NCBI RefSeq assembly: GCF_030384885.1
Contig: NZ_CP128613.1
Length of the DNA: 64,000 nucleotides
Direction: 5' to 3' (one strand)
Source: Escherichia coli
Lineage (GTDB): Bacteria > Pseudomonadota > Gammaproteobacteria > Enterobacterales > Enterobacteriaceae
In this document: piece by piece, positions 24,617 to 38,665 of the stretch
Position numbering within the stretch: position 1 is the stretch's first letter
How the letters are laid out: each line of letters opens with the position of its first letter
Made by a program: the position numbers and the translations under genes
The notes under the pieces: generated by a model
What the model saw: the letters and a program-made list of their open reading frames with translations, nothing else
Databases searched by the model: none
Told to the model about the DNA's origin: nothing

Positions 24617-25876
24617 TTATTCCCCCTGACGCTGGTAGTCGTTACGCTGCGCGTTAGCGCGGCGTTGGTCCATAATATCGCCCTGACTGGTGGACGACGT
24701 GTTGCTTGCTCCACTGGTTGTGGAGGAAGAGGCTGGCGGCAGACGCAGCAGATTGCTGGCACCGTTATCGCTCTTCGCCGCAGGGGCGTTACCACCTTTC
24801 AGCATCTGGTCTAACGGCAGAACCATCAGGTTGCCACCTTTATCGTTAACCAGCACTTTGCGGGTGTTGCCCAACACTTTTTCCATCGTCTCGATATACA
24901 GACGCTCGCGGGTAATTTCCGGCGCAGCTTTATATTCCGGCAGAAGTTTAGCAAAGCGTGCCACTTCACCCTGGGCTTCCAGGATAGTCTGAGCCTTGTA
25001 CGCACGCGCCTCTTCGAGGATACGTTGCGCCTGACCGTTCGCACGCGGCTGAACTTCGTTGGTATACGCTTCTGCTTCACGAATGTATTGCTGTTCGTTT
25101 TCACGCGCGGCAATCGCATCGTCAAACGCCGCTTTTACTTCTTCCGGCGGACGAGCTGCCTGGAAGTTGACGTCCAGCAGAGTGATACCCATGTCATACG
25201 GACGAATCGTCTCTTCCAGTTCGCGCTGAGTATCGCTACGAATCACGGTACGACCTTCCGTCAGAATGCGGTCCATGGTGTATTTACCGATAACCCCACG
25301 CAGGGCGCTGTCGGTAGCCTGACGCAGGCTGTCATCCGGGCTGGTCACGCTATATAGATATTTTTCCGGATTGGTGACGCGGTACTGTACGTTCATCTCA
25401 ACGCGCACCACGTTTTCGTCCGACGTCAGCATCACACCGGAAGCAGCCAGTTCACGCACGGCTTCCACATTCACCGGTTTGACTTCGTCGATAAACGTCG
25501 GTTTCCAGTTCAGACCCGGCTCAACCAGATGGCTGAATTTACCAAAGCGTGTTACCACGCCGCGTTCGGCTTCTTTAATGGTGTAGAAACCACTGGCCGC
25601 CCAAATAATGACAATCGCTGCCGCTGCGATGGTAACGACACGACCGCCAAGCTGCGGGCGCGGGCCTTGCGATGAATTACCACCGCCAGATCCGGTGCCT
25701 TTACCGCCGCCCAGACCACCGAGCTTTTTGCTCAGTTTGCGGAAGATATCATCTAAATCAGGTGGCCCTTGATCGCGACCGCCTTTGTTTCCATTTCCCT
25801 CAGAGTTGCCGCCAGGTTTGCTGCTTCCCCACGGGTCGCGGTCTTGTCCGTTATTACCGGGCTGATTCCACGCCAT
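24617..25876 (-). CDS. hflK: FtsH protease modulator HflK
   Basis: 419-aa ORF, Gly-rich N-terminus, SPFH domain. Confidence 0.96.
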   Translation of the reverse strand: MAWNQPGNNGQDRDPWGSSKPGGNSEGNGNKGGRDQGPPDLDDIFRKLSKKLGGLGGGKGTGSGGGNSSQGPRPQLGGRVVTIAAAAIVIIWAASGFYTIKEAERGVVTRFGKFSHLVEPGLNWKPTFIDEVKPVNVEAVRELAASGVMLTSDENVVRVEMNVQYRVTNPEKYLYSVTSPDDSLRQATDSALRGVIGKYTMDRILTEGRTVIRSDTQRELEETIRPYDMGITLLDVNFQAARPPEEVKAAFDDAIAARENEQQYIREAEAYTNEVQPRANGQAQRILEEARAYKAQTILEAQGEVARFAKLLPEYKAAPEITRERLYIETMEKVLGNTRKVLVNDKGGNLMVLPLDQMLKGGNAPAAKSDNGASNLLRLPPASSSTTSGASNTSSTSQGDIMDQRRANAQRNDYQRQGE

Positions 25877-25961
25877 GTTTGTGCTCCATATTTGTTATGC
25901 GGTGATCCCTGTTGTCTTTCGACGCCAGAGGATATGACTCCACGCTTCAGACGCTACGCCG

Positions 25962-27242
25962 TTAGATCAGGTAATCGATCAACGCCGGTTCTTGTTTACA
26001 GAGGCGACGCCAGTCAACGATCGGCATACGAACTTGCAGACTTACGCTGCCGTCCTCCTCCATCCACTCTTTTTCTATTGCCTGAAGCTGATAAAAACGA
26101 CTTCTCAGACGCCCTTCCTGCGGTGGCAGACGCAATGTATGCTGCGCCACCTCGCCGGAAAGCCGCTCCGTCAAAGCCTGAAAAAGCTGTGGTATCCCCG
26201 CTCCGGTCTGTGCGGAAAGCCAGACACGGATCGGTTTGTTCTCTTCGTCCCGATCAATACGCGGTTCGAAATCTTCCAGCATATCGATCTTGTTCATCAC
26301 CAGCAGGGTTGGGATCTCGTGAGCATCGATCTCTTCAAGAACCGTATTCACCGCTTCGATGTTTTCTTGTACTCGCACATCTGCCGCGTCAATGACGTGC
26401 AGCAGCAATGTGGCTTGCCGCGTCTCTTGTAACGTGGCTTTAAATGCCGCCACCAGATCGTGCGGCAGGTGGCGAATAAACCCTACGGTATCTGCCAACA
26501 CGGTTTCACCGACATCCGCGACGTCAATACGCCGCAACGTCGGGTCGAGGGTGGCAAACAACTGGTCTGCCGCATAGACCCGCGCTTCGGTGATGCGATT
26601 GAAAAGGGTAGATTTACCGGCGTTGGTATATCCCACCAGCGAAACAGTAGGAACGTCGGCTTTGATACGCGATTGCCGCCCCTGCTCACGCTGTTTTTCA
26701 ACTCTTTCCAGGCGCGACTGTATCTGCACGATGCGATTACGCAACAAACGACGGTCGGTTTCGAGCTGGGTTTCACCCGGACCACGCAAACCGATCCCGC
26801 CTTTCTGTCTTTCAAGGTGGGTCCAGCCACGCACCAGGCGCGTAGCCAGATGGCGCAACTGCGCCAGCTCAACCTGCAACTTACCCTCATGGGTACGCGC
26901 ACGCTGGGCGAAAATATCTAAAATAAGGCCGGTGCGGTCGATAACACGACACTCGCACAAACGCTCCAGGTTACGCTCTTGCGCCGGGCTCAGGGCATGG
27001 TCAAAAAGAACGACCGAAGCACCCGTCGCTTTGACAGCTTCCGCAATTTCAACTGCTTTACCTTCACCTACAAAATACTTTGGGTGCGGCGCTTTACGGC
27101 TACCGGTAATCACCTGCAATGCTTCGACACCGGCGGAAGAGACCAGAGATTCAAACTCCTGGAGGTCTTCCATATCTTTGTCTTGCGTAAAATAGATGTG
27201 TACCAGTACCGCCTGCTCACCAGCATCATAACGGTCAAACAA
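25962..27242 (-). CDS. hflX: Ribosome-associated GTPase HflX
   Basis: 426-aa ORF with [10 protein letters not shown]-loop. Confidence 0.96.
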   Translation of the reverse strand: MFDRYDAGEQAVLVHIYFTQDKDMEDLQEFESLVSSAGVEALQVITGSRKAPHPKYFVGEGKAVEIAEAVKATGASVVLFDHALSPAQERNLERLCECRVIDRTGLILDIFAQRARTHEGKLQVELAQLRHLATRLVRGWTHLERQKGGIGLRGPGETQLETDRRLLRNRIVQIQSRLERVEKQREQGRQSRIKADVPTVSLVGYTNAGKSTLFNRITEARVYAADQLFATLDPTLRRIDVADVGETVLADTVGFIRHLPHDLVAAFKATLQETRQATLLLHVIDAADVRVQENIEAVNTVLEEIDAHEIPTLLVMNKIDMLEDFEPRIDRDEENKPIRVWLSAQTGAGIPQLFQALTERLSGEVAQHTLRLPPQEGRLRSRFYQLQAIEKEWMEEDGSVSLQVRMPIVDWRRLCKQEPALIDYLI

Positions 27243-27318
27243 GCGTATAACCCTCTAAATAGATCAGCGGGGAACGCAGGATCGCTGGCTCCCCGTGTAA
27301 AAAAAACAGCATGAAACC

Positions 27319-27639
<321 letters not shown>

Positions 27640-27712
27640 TTATATGCTTATTTGTACTTTGAACCTTTCGATTCTGAAAAAATTGCGCACGATACGTCTC
27701 AATTGTACACAT

Positions 27713-28663
27713 TCAGCCTGCGATAGCACCAACAACCTGTAATACTTCATCACGCGCCTGTTCTGGTTTTTCACTGTCAAGCCAGTGAACCCCTTCCCAA
27801 CCACGCAGCCAGGTTATCTGCCGCTTCGCCAACTGTCTCGTGGCGCAAACACCTCGATAAACCATTTCATCGTATGAGATTTCGCCTTCAAGGTAAGACC
27901 ACATCTGGCGATAACCCACGCAACGAATGGAAGGCAAGTCCGTATGCAAATCTCCTCGGGCAAAAAGCGCCCGGACTTCTGCTTCAAAACCTGAAGCCAA
28001 CATCTGATGAAAACGCTGCTCAATTCGTTGATGGAGCAGTTCACGGCTCGCCGGGGCGATGGCGAACTGATGCACCTGATACGGTAGAGCGTCTCCTGAC
28101 GTTTGCGTCAGTTCCGTTAAAGTTTTACCCGAAATGAAAAAAACTTCCAGTGCCCGGGAAAGCCTTTGTGGATCATTTGGATGAATCCTTGCTGCCGCAA
28201 CCGGATCGATCTCCTGAAGTTGACGATGCAATGACTCCCAACCTTGCTCTGCCGCCTGTTGCTCAATTCTGGCCCGCACTTCGGGGTCTGCCGACGGTAG
28301 CGGCGACAACCCTTCCAGCAATGCCTTGAAATACAACATCGTACCGCCCACTAATAGTGGGATCCGCCCCGCCGCGGTGATATCAGCCATTTCCGCCAGC
28401 GCATCGCGGCGAAAATCAGCGGCCGAATAAGCCTGCGACGGATCGCGAATATCCAGCAATCGGTGCGGCGCGGCGAGTAACTCTTCAGCGTTCGGCTTCG
28501 CCGTCCCGATATCCATCCCTTTGTAAATAAGGGCAGAATCAACGCTTATCAACTCTACTGGTAAAATTTTACGCAGCTCAATGGCTAACGCCGTTTTACC
28601 GGAGGCCGTCGGCCCCATCAAAAAAATCGCCTTAGGCAGGCTCGCCTTACTGATATCACTCAT
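27713..28663 (-). CDS. miaA: tRNA dimethylallyltransferase
   Basis: 316-aa [12 protein letters not shown]-loop. Confidence 0.96.
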
Positions 28664-30503
28664 CTTTCAGGGCTTTTATCGCCGGATGTAAATCAACAGA
28701 TTGTAACAGACCACCCGGCGGCGTTTTCACAAGTTGCGGACATAACCGTTCCACGTCCGCCAGCAGGGTGATGGCCTGTGCCATTGACCACTGCGCATGT
28801 TCGCTCATCAGATTTCGTGCAATCCACTGCGCAATATTGCCAGGTTCGAATACGGACTGCTTCGCCAGGTAGCCTATCAGTTCAGGAATCAAGATTTGTA
28901 AATTTTGTTGGCGTAAGGGTAAAGGCACGGCCCTGATGGTCACATACTGTGCATCGGACTGGAAATCAATACCCAATTCCGCCAGGGCAGACTGCGCTTT
29001 TTCTAATGCCGATTTTTCTTCGCCAGAAACTTTTAGCCGCAACGGAATAAGCAACGGCTGAGCGCAAACTGGCGTTTCACCCGGCGTCAACTGCGCCTGA
29101 CGCAGCCAACGTTCTGCCACTGGCAGGGCTAAAAGTGAAATGTTGCCGTCGCGCTCCAGCAACGCACAGTCGGAATGGACGATAGTCAGTACTCGACCAA
29201 AACTCTGACTGTTCGCCGCAAGCGCTGGCTCCTGCGGTTCAGGTGCTTTTGGTTTTTGCATCGGCGCAGGCGTTTGCAAAAGCTGGCGATACACTTCACC
29301 TTGCTGTTTCTGGTAGCCTGGCTGCGCATTCGGCCAGGAAGCTGCTGGACGACCACCAGAGGCGGGCGCAGGAGAGTAGCGGGGGGCTACCGGTTCACGA
29401 ACTGCCGGTTCAGCAAAATGATTACGCCCGGCGGCCACGCGGTTCTCCGGAATGGTGCGCGGTGCAGGTTGAGGTTCATCGTCCAGTGGCAGCGGCGTTT
29501 CCAGCTGTTGTTGTAGCACACTCAGCACGCCCTGATAGATAAAGTCGTGCACCAGACGCGACTGATGGAAACGCACTTCGTGTTTGGCGGGGTGCACGTT
29601 GACGTCCACTTGATGTGGGTCGATCTCCAGATACAACACAAATGCCGGTTGCTGATCGGCCCCCAGTTTGTCTTCACAGGCCTGACGGATCGCATGATTG
29701 ATCAGGCGATCGCGCATCATGCGACCATTCACGTAGCAATACTGAATTTCTGCCAGTGCGGGCGTGGTGTGATTCGGATCTGCCACCCAGCCGCGCAGCG
29801 TGAGATCGCCGTGTTGCCATTCAATCGCCAGCGCTTGTTCGAGAAAAGCGGTGCCGCAAATCGCGCCTAAGCGCCGTTCTTTTTGCCCGCCTTCCGGCAC
29901 TGCGCGGTACTGGCGAACTATTTTGCCGTTATGCGACAGATTGATAGTGACGTCGAAACGCGCCAGCGCAATGCGGCGGATGATTTCATCAATATGGTTA
30001 AATTCGGTTTTCTCGGTACGCAGGAATTTGCGCCGCGCCGGGGTATTGTAGAACAGATCCAGCACTTCCAGCGTCGTTCCCACCGGATGCGCCGCCGGTT
30101 TAACCGTCACGTCCATATCGCGCCCTTCGGCATACGCTTGCCATGCCTCCTGCTGCTCTGCGGTGCGCGAAGTGAGCGTCAGACGGGAAACTGAACTGAT
30201 ACTCGCCAGCGCCTCACCGCGGAACCCCAGGCTGATAATAGCTTCGAGATCGTCCAGAGAGGCGATTTTACTGGTAGCATGACGCGCCAGCGCCAGCGCC
30301 AGTTCATCTTTTTTGATACCGCAGCCGTTATCACGAATGCGGATAAGTTTCGCCCCACCGCGTTCGATATCAATATCAATACGCGTCGCACCCGCATCGA
30401 GGCTGTTTTCCACCAGTTCTTTGACTACCGACGCAGGTCGCTCGACCACCTCACCTGCGGCAATCTGGTTCGCCAGTTGTGGCGGTAAGACCTGAATTGG
30501 CAT
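28656..30503 (-). CDS. mutL: DNA mismatch repair protein MutL
   Basis: 615 aa from [23 protein letters not shown]...; 8-nt overlap with miaA start. Confidence 0.96.
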
Positions 30504-30512
30504 CAATCATCC

Positions 30513-31850
30513 TTAGTTTGGCAGCGTGCGATCTGGCGTCGTCACCGTGCTGGCCGTTTGTGCCGTTGCCCCCTGCGGCGCAGATTGCATCGGATGCGCA
30601 AGGAAATAATTGCGCAGGCCTTTGTAAATGGCTTCTGCCAGCTGTTGTTGGTAATCGTCGCTCGCCAGCAAACGTTCTTCGCTGTTGTTACTGATAAAAC
30701 CGGTTTCGACCAGTACTGATGGGATATCCGGCGAACGCAGAACGCCAAGGCTGGCGTGTTCTGGTCGACGTTTATGAATTTCGCCGATGCGTTGCAACTG
30801 ACTGATCATACTGGTCGCCACATCATACCCTACCCGCTGGGAATGACCGAACTGTAAATCCAGCACCGCCTGGCTTAAATACGGGTCAGACTGACTGTTC
30901 GCCAGCACATCGCCCGCTCCGCCCAGCAGCTCCGACTGTTTCTCGTGCTGCTCCAGCCAGCTGGCCATTTCGCTGTTGGCGCGACGGTTAGAGAGCACCC
31001 ATACGGAAGCGCCAGTCGCACTGCGGTTCGGTGCGGCATCAGCGTGAATCGACACGAGGAAATTAGCGTTTTGCTTACGTGCCACATCGCTGCGCCCCAT
31101 CACCGAGATAAAGTAATCCCCGTCACGGGTTAAAACGCCCTTAAACATTGGATCGTCATTGAGCAAAGTACGCAATTTACGTGCGATGGCGATGGTGACA
31201 TTTTTCTCCCGCGTACCACCGGGGCCGATAGCGCCAGGATCCTGACCGCCGTGTCCGGCATCAATAGCGATGATAATTTTATCGCCTGTGTTAGCCGTCG
31301 CGCGCGCTGCCGGACGCGTTACCGTATTACTGCTGATAATACCCGTAGTGCGGTTACTTTCGGTTTTAAACGGATTGCGCGCTGGTTCGCTGACGCGCGG
31401 TGCGACAACCGCAGGCGTTTCAACGCGTTTCGCAACCACAGGCGGCGGAGGAGGCGGTGGTGGAACATCGGCGTTAATCGTAAAGACGACAGTGTAATTG
31501 CTACCATTCTGCCGCTTCACCGCTTCGGTTTTACCGTTTTCGGTGAGATCGACCACTAGCCGTAGCGTTTGTGCATCTTTAGGCGTTCCAGAGCGAATCG
31601 CCTTCACCAGATTATTACCGCTGAACAACAACGGTAGCCCCTGAATCACGCCCGTTTGTTTGATATCGAGCGCCACGGTGCGTTTGTTTTGATGGCTAAA
31701 CGCGTAATCAGGATCGCCAGTAAAACTCAATGTTATTCGCGCCTGTTGATTACCGTTAGAAACCTGAATATCAGAGAGCGTAGCGGCGCCAGCCTGCGCG
31801 CACAGCAGCAGCAGCGTCGCTACCAACCAATTTCTGATGCGATACATCAT
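30513..31850 (-). CDS. amiB: N-acetylmuramoyl-L-alanine amidase AmiB
   Basis: 445 aa from [13 protein letters not shown]...; Pro-rich linker (P8). Confidence 0.95.
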   Translation of the reverse strand: MMYRIRNWLVATLLLLCAQAGAATLSDIQVSNGNQQARITLSFTGDPDYAFSHQNKRTVALDIKQTGVIQGLPLLFSGNNLVKAIRSGTPKDAQTLRLVVDLTENGKTEAVKRQNGSNYTVVFTINADVPPPPPPPPVVAKRVETPAVVAPRVSEPARNPFKTESNRTTGIISSNTVTRPAARATANTGDKIIIAIDAGHGGQDPGAIGPGGTREKNVTIAIARKLRTLLNDDPMFKGVLTRDGDYFISVMGRSDVARKQNANFLVSIHADAAPNRSATGASVWVLSNRRANSEMASWLEQHEKQSELLGGAGDVLANSQSDPYLSQAVLDLQFGHSQRVGYDVATSMISQLQRIGEIHKRRPEHASLGVLRSPDIPSVLVETGFISNNSEERLLASDDYQQQLAEAIYKGLRNYFLAHPMQSAPQGATAQTASTVTTPDRTLPN

Positions 31851-31868
31851 CCCGCCACCTTTCAAAGG

Positions 31869-33847
<1,979 letters not shown>

Positions 33848-33849
<2 letters not shown>

Positions 33850-34987
33850 GTCAGAGCCCCTCGATCTCAATCAGTTAGCGCAAAAAATTAAACAGTGGGG
33901 GCTGGAACTGGGCTTTCAGCAGGTAGGTATTACCGATACCGATCTCAGCGCGTCCGAGCCCAAACTGCAAGCATGGCTGGACAAACAATACCACGGCGAA
34001 ATGGACTGGATGGCGCGTCACGGTATGCTGCGCGCCCGCCCCCATGAGTTATTGCCCGGTACGCTGCGCGTCATCAGCGTGCGGATGAATTACCTTCCTG
34101 CTAACGCCGCATTTGCCAGCACGCTGAAAAACCCCAAACTCGGCTATGTAAGTCGTTATGCGTTGGGCCGTGACTATCACAAACTTCTGCGCAACCGACT
34201 CAAAAAGCTGGGCGAGATGATTCAGCAACATTGTGTTTCGCTGAATTTTAGACCGTTTGTCGATTCTGCGCCTATTCTCGAGCGCCCGTTAGCTGAAAAA
34301 GCAGGTCTTGGCTGGACAGGTAAGCACTCACTTATCCTCAATCGCGAGGCCGGTTCGTTCTTCTTTTTAGGTGAATTACTGGTCGATATTCCGCTGCCCG
34401 TGGATCAACCGGTCGAGGAAGGATGCGGTAAATGCGTGGCCTGTATGACGATTTGCCCGACCGGCGCCATCGTCGAGCCATATACCGTCGATGCTCGCCG
34501 CTGTATCTCTTATCTCACCATTGAACTGGAAGGGGCGATCCCGGAAGAGCTGCGTCCATTGATGGGAAACCGTATTTACGGTTGCGATGACTGCCAGCTT
34601 ATCTGCCCGTGGAATCGCTATTCGCAACTCACTAAAGAAGACGATTTCAGCCCGCGCAAACCACTACACGCACCGGAACTCATTGAGTTATTCGCCTGGA
34701 GTGAAGAGACGTTTTTAAAAGTCACGGAAGGTTCGGCGATTCGCCGTATAGGTCACCTGCGTTGGCTGCGTAATATCGCCGTGGCATTAGGCAATGCCCC
34801 CTGGGATAAAACGATTTTGACAGCGCTGGAAAGTCGTAAAGGTGAGCACCCACTTCTTGATGAGCACATAGCGTGGGCGATTGCGCAGCAAATCGAGAGG
34901 CGAAATGCGTGCGTCGTAGAGGTACAACTACCGAAAAAACAGCGTCTGGTTCGGGTGATTGAAAAAGGGTTACCGCGTGACGCCTGA
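33848..34987 (+). CDS. queG: Epoxyqueuosine reductase (4Fe-4S, cobalamin-dependent)
   Basis: 379 aa from MSEPLDLNQLAQKIKQWG...; ferredoxin-like Cys clusters. Confidence 0.93.
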
Positions 34988-35256
34988 TTCATCCACAGCT
35001 TGTGAATAAAAATAAAAACGCATTGCAATTCAAGGCGAATAAAATCGTCAAGTGATCGACTCGACAAAACGAGATCTTAATTTTCAACCTATATATCAAT
35101 AAGTTAAAAAAATACTATTCACCGTGCGAAGTTTCTTTGAAATTAAGATTACGACATGAGGCTGTGGATAACTCTGTTTACAAGAGTTTGTCAGAGACAA
35201 CAAAAACCAGCAATAACGCATCGCGTCGCTGTGGATATTTTATTGAGAGAAGAATT

Positions 35257-35332
<76 letters not shown>

Positions 35333-35367
35333 TTGGGTGGTCTGTGCTTTGCAGCACTTTCAAATTT

Positions 35368-35443
<76 letters not shown>

Positions 35444-35600
35444 TTAATCTTCGTCTTTCGAACCGCTACTGCCTTGGCTGCCTTCACTCACCTTAGTCAC
35501 TTACTTTTGTAAGCTCCCAAGGATTCGTTTAGTTGCCGCCTTGTCGCAATTCGAAATACTGCGATTGGGTGGTCTGTGCTTTGCAGCACTTTTCAAATTT

Positions 35601-35676
<76 letters not shown>

Positions 35677-35886
35677 GTACTGCTTAATTTTGCTTTCGTA
35701 ATTTTCGCATTTCTGCGTCGTTACGGGAGGCGCATTATACGAGAAATCTTTCCCTCTGCAACCCCCCTAAAAAATTTTTTTTGAGTTTTTATCTCAAGTG
35801 CTGAAATTATCAGCAAGACGTTCAATTTAGCGTCAAAATCACGCCGCCGCAAGTGGATTCCGGCGCTTACGTGACCAGGAAAAATT

Positions 35887-36432
35887 TTACAGCTTGATAA
35901 AATGCTCGCGGTAGTAAGCCAGTTCTGCCACCGACTCACGGATATCATCCATCGCCTGATGCGTCCCCTGCTTGGTAAAGCCGTCAAGAATTTCCGGCTT
36001 CCAGCGGCGCGCCAGCTCTTTCAGTGTGCTGACATCCAGATAACGGTAGTGGAAGTAGGCTTCCAGCTCCGGCATGTATTTAAACAGGAAGCGACGGTCC
36101 TGGCCGATGCTGTTACCACAGATCGGCGATTTACCCGCAGGCACCCACTGTTTTAAAAATTCGAGCGTCGCCAGTTCCGCTTCCCGATCGCCCATCGTGC
36201 TCGCTTTCACCCGATCCACCAGCCCGCTGGCGGTATGAGTACGGACATTCCAGTCATCCATCAGCGCCAGCTGTTCATCGGACTGGTGTACTGCAATGGT
36301 CGGCCCTTCTGCCAGAATATTCAGGTTGGCGTCGGTCACCAGCGTGGCAATCTCAATAATGCGATCGCGCTCGGGATCCAGACCGGTCATCTCAAGATCG
36401 ATCCAAATCAGGTTGTTTTCATTGGCACTCAT
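35887..36432 (-). CDS. orn: Oligoribonuclease
   Basis: 181 aa from [23 protein letters not shown]... (DEDDh exonuclease); track ORF has a 48-codon upstream extension. Confidence 0.95.
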   Translation of the reverse strand: MSANENNLIWIDLEMTGLDPERDRIIEIATLVTDANLNILAEGPTIAVHQSDEQLALMDDWNVRTHTASGLVDRVKASTMGDREAELATLEFLKQWVPAGKSPICGNSIGQDRRFLFKYMPELEAYFHYRYLDVSTLKELARRWKPEILDGFTKQGTHQAMDDIRESVAELAYYREHFIKL

Positions 36433-36526
36433 GCTATTTTCCACCCATTCACAGTGACTATATTGATCCACAATTGCGTGTATCATAGATGTTTTGCCCA
36501 TCAGGGGCGACCAGGAGTCAGTACGA

Positions 36527-37579
36527 TTGAGTAAAAATAAACTCTCCAAAGGCCAGCAGCGCCGCGTGAACGCCAATCACCAGCGTCGTCTTAAAACGTC
36601 TAAGGAGAAGCCCGACTACGACGACAATCTGTTTGGCGAGCCTGATGAAGGTATCGTCATCAGCCGCTTTGGTATGCACGCTGATGTGGAATCCGCCGAT
36701 GGCGACGTTCACCGCTGCAATATTCGCCGTACCATCCGTTCGCTGGTGACCGGCGATCGCGTAGTCTGGCGTCCGGGTAAACCAGCGGCGGAAGGCGTAA
36801 ATGTCAAAGGGATCGTGGAAGCGGTGCATGAGCGCACCTCAGTGTTGACGCGCCCGGATTTCTACGACGGTGTGAAACCCATTGCTGCCAATATTGACCA
36901 GATTGTCATTGTCTCCGCGATTTTGCCGGAGCTGTCGCTCAATATTATCGACCGTTACCTGGTGGCCTGCGAAACCTTGCAGATTGAGCCGATTATTGTG
37001 CTCAACAAGATAGACCTGCTGGACGACGAAGGCATGGAATTCGTCAACGAGCAGATGGATATCTACCGCAATATCGGTTATCGCGTATTGATGGTTTCCA
37101 GTCATACTCAGGATGGACTGAAACCGCTGGAAGAGGCGTTGACCGGGCGCATCAGTATTTTTGCCGGGCAGTCTGGCGTCGGCAAATCCAGCCTGCTGAA
37201 CGCGTTGCTGGGGCTGCAAAAAGAGATCCTGACCAACGACGTCTCGGATAACTCGGGGCTTGGTCAGCACACCACGACTGCCGCGCGGCTGTATCACTTC
37301 CCGCACGGCGGTGATGTGATTGATTCCCCAGGTGTGCGTGAGTTTGGTCTCTGGCATCTGGATCCGGAACAAATTACTCGGGGTTTTGTCGAATTCCATG
37401 ACTACTTAGGTCTGTGTAAATATCGCGATTGCAAACACGATACCGATCCGGGCTGCGCTATCCGGGAAGCAGTTGAGGAAGGGAAAATCGCGGAAACCCG
37501 TTTCGAAAACTATCACCGTATTCTGGAAAGCATGGCGCAGGTAAAAACGCGTAAAAACTTTTCTGATACGGATGACTGA
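36527..37579 (+). CDS. rsgA: Small-subunit ribosome biogenesis GTPase RsgA
   Basis: 350 aa from TTG start ([14 protein letters not shown]...); AGGAG RBS upstream; [13 protein letters not shown]-loop. Confidence 0.93.
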   Translation: MSKNKLSKGQQRRVNANHQRRLKTSKEKPDYDDNLFGEPDEGIVISRFGMHADVESADGDVHRCNIRRTIRSLVTGDRVVWRPGKPAAEGVNVKGIVEAVHERTSVLTRPDFYDGVKPIAANIDQIVIVSAILPELSLNIIDRYLVACETLQIEPIIVLNKIDLLDDEGMEFVNEQMDIYRNIGYRVLMVSSHTQDGLKPLEEALTGRISIFAGQSGVGKSSLLNALLGLQKEILTNDVSDNSGLGQHTTTAARLYHFPHGGDVIDSPGVREFGLWHLDPEQITRGFVEFHDYLGLCKYRDCKHDTDPGCAIREAVEEGKIAETRFENYHRILESMAQVKTRKNFSDTDD

Positions 37580-37621
37580 CAATTAAGCTAACCGTCGTTA
37601 GAATCGTCCCCTTTTTTTCAG

Positions 37622-37647
37622 GATCCGGCATGTAGGCCGGATCAGGA
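37622..37647. repeat. REP-like palindrome
   Basis: ccggcatgtaggccggatcagg between rsgA and psd. Confidence 0.45.
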
Positions 37648-37675
37648 ACGACAAAACAATGGCCTGGAGGCTACC

Positions 37676-38644
37676 TTGTTAAATTCATTTAAACTTTCGC
37701 TACAGTACATTCTGCCGAAATTATGGCTTACTCGCCTGGCGGGTTGGGGCGCAAGCAAGCGGGCAGGATGGCTGACAAAACTGGTTATCGATCTGTTCGT
37801 TAAATACTACAAGGTCGACATGAAAGAGGCGCAAAAGCCGGACACCGCCAGCTACCGCACCTTTAACGAATTCTTTGTCCGTCCGCTGCGTGACGAAGTA
37901 CGCCCAATCGATACCGATCCTAATGTACTGGTCATGCCTGCCGATGGCGTTATCAGCCAGTTAGGTAAAATCGAAGAAGATAAAATCCTGCAAGCTAAAG
38001 GCCACAACTACAGCCTCGAAGCTCTGCTGGCAGGGAACTATCTGATGGCGGATCTTTTCCGTAACGGTACGTTTGTGACCACTTACCTCTCCCCGCGTGA
38101 CTACCACCGCGTACACATGCCGTGCAACGGTATTCTGCGTGAGATGATCTATGTGCCGGGCGATCTCTTCTCCGTTAACCATCTCACCGCTCAGAACGTG
38201 CCGAATCTGTTTGCCCGTAACGAACGCGTGATCTGCCTGTTCGATACCGAATTTGGCCCGATGGCGCAGATTCTGGTCGGGGCGACGATTGTTGGCAGCA
38301 TTGAAACTGTCTGGGCGGGCACCATTACGCCGCCGCGCGAAGGCATCATCAAGCGTTGGACCTGGCCTGCCGGAGAAAACGACGGTTCTGTGGCGCTGCT
38401 GAAAGGCCAGGAAATGGGTCGCTTTAAACTCGGCTCTACCGTTATCAACCTGTTTGCACCGGGTAAAGTTAATCTGGTTGAGCAACTGGAAAGCCTGTCT
38501 GTCACGAAAATTGGCCAGCCGCTGGCAGTATCTACCGAAACCTTTGTTACGCCAGACTCTGAACCTGCCCCGCTTCCTGCTGAAGAGATCGAGGCAGAAC
38601 ACGACGCCAGCCCATTGGTTGACGACAAAAAAGACCAGGTCTAA
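37676..38644 (+). CDS. psd: Phosphatidylserine decarboxylase proenzyme
   Basis: 322-aa ORF from TTG with GGAGG RBS; LGST autocleavage motif present. Confidence 0.95.
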   Translation: MLNSFKLSLQYILPKLWLTRLAGWGASKRAGWLTKLVIDLFVKYYKVDMKEAQKPDTASYRTFNEFFVRPLRDEVRPIDTDPNVLVMPADGVISQLGKIEEDKILQAKGHNYSLEALLAGNYLMADLFRNGTFVTTYLSPRDYHRVHMPCNGILREMIYVPGDLFSVNHLTAQNVPNLFARNERVICLFDTEFGPMAQILVGATIVGSIETVWAGTITPPREGIIKRWTWPAGENDGSVALLKGQEMGRFKLGSTVINLFAPGKVNLVEQLESLSVTKIGQPLAVSTETFVTPDSEPAPLPAEEIEAEHDASPLVDDKKDQV

Positions 38645-38665
38645 TCCATCAAAGGAAACGCTGAC

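Noticed and set aside
31380-31480. Poly-proline run (P8) in AmiB as a possible repeat expansion
   Set aside because: Part of the natural Pro-rich linker of AmiB; in frame, with flanking sequence as expected.
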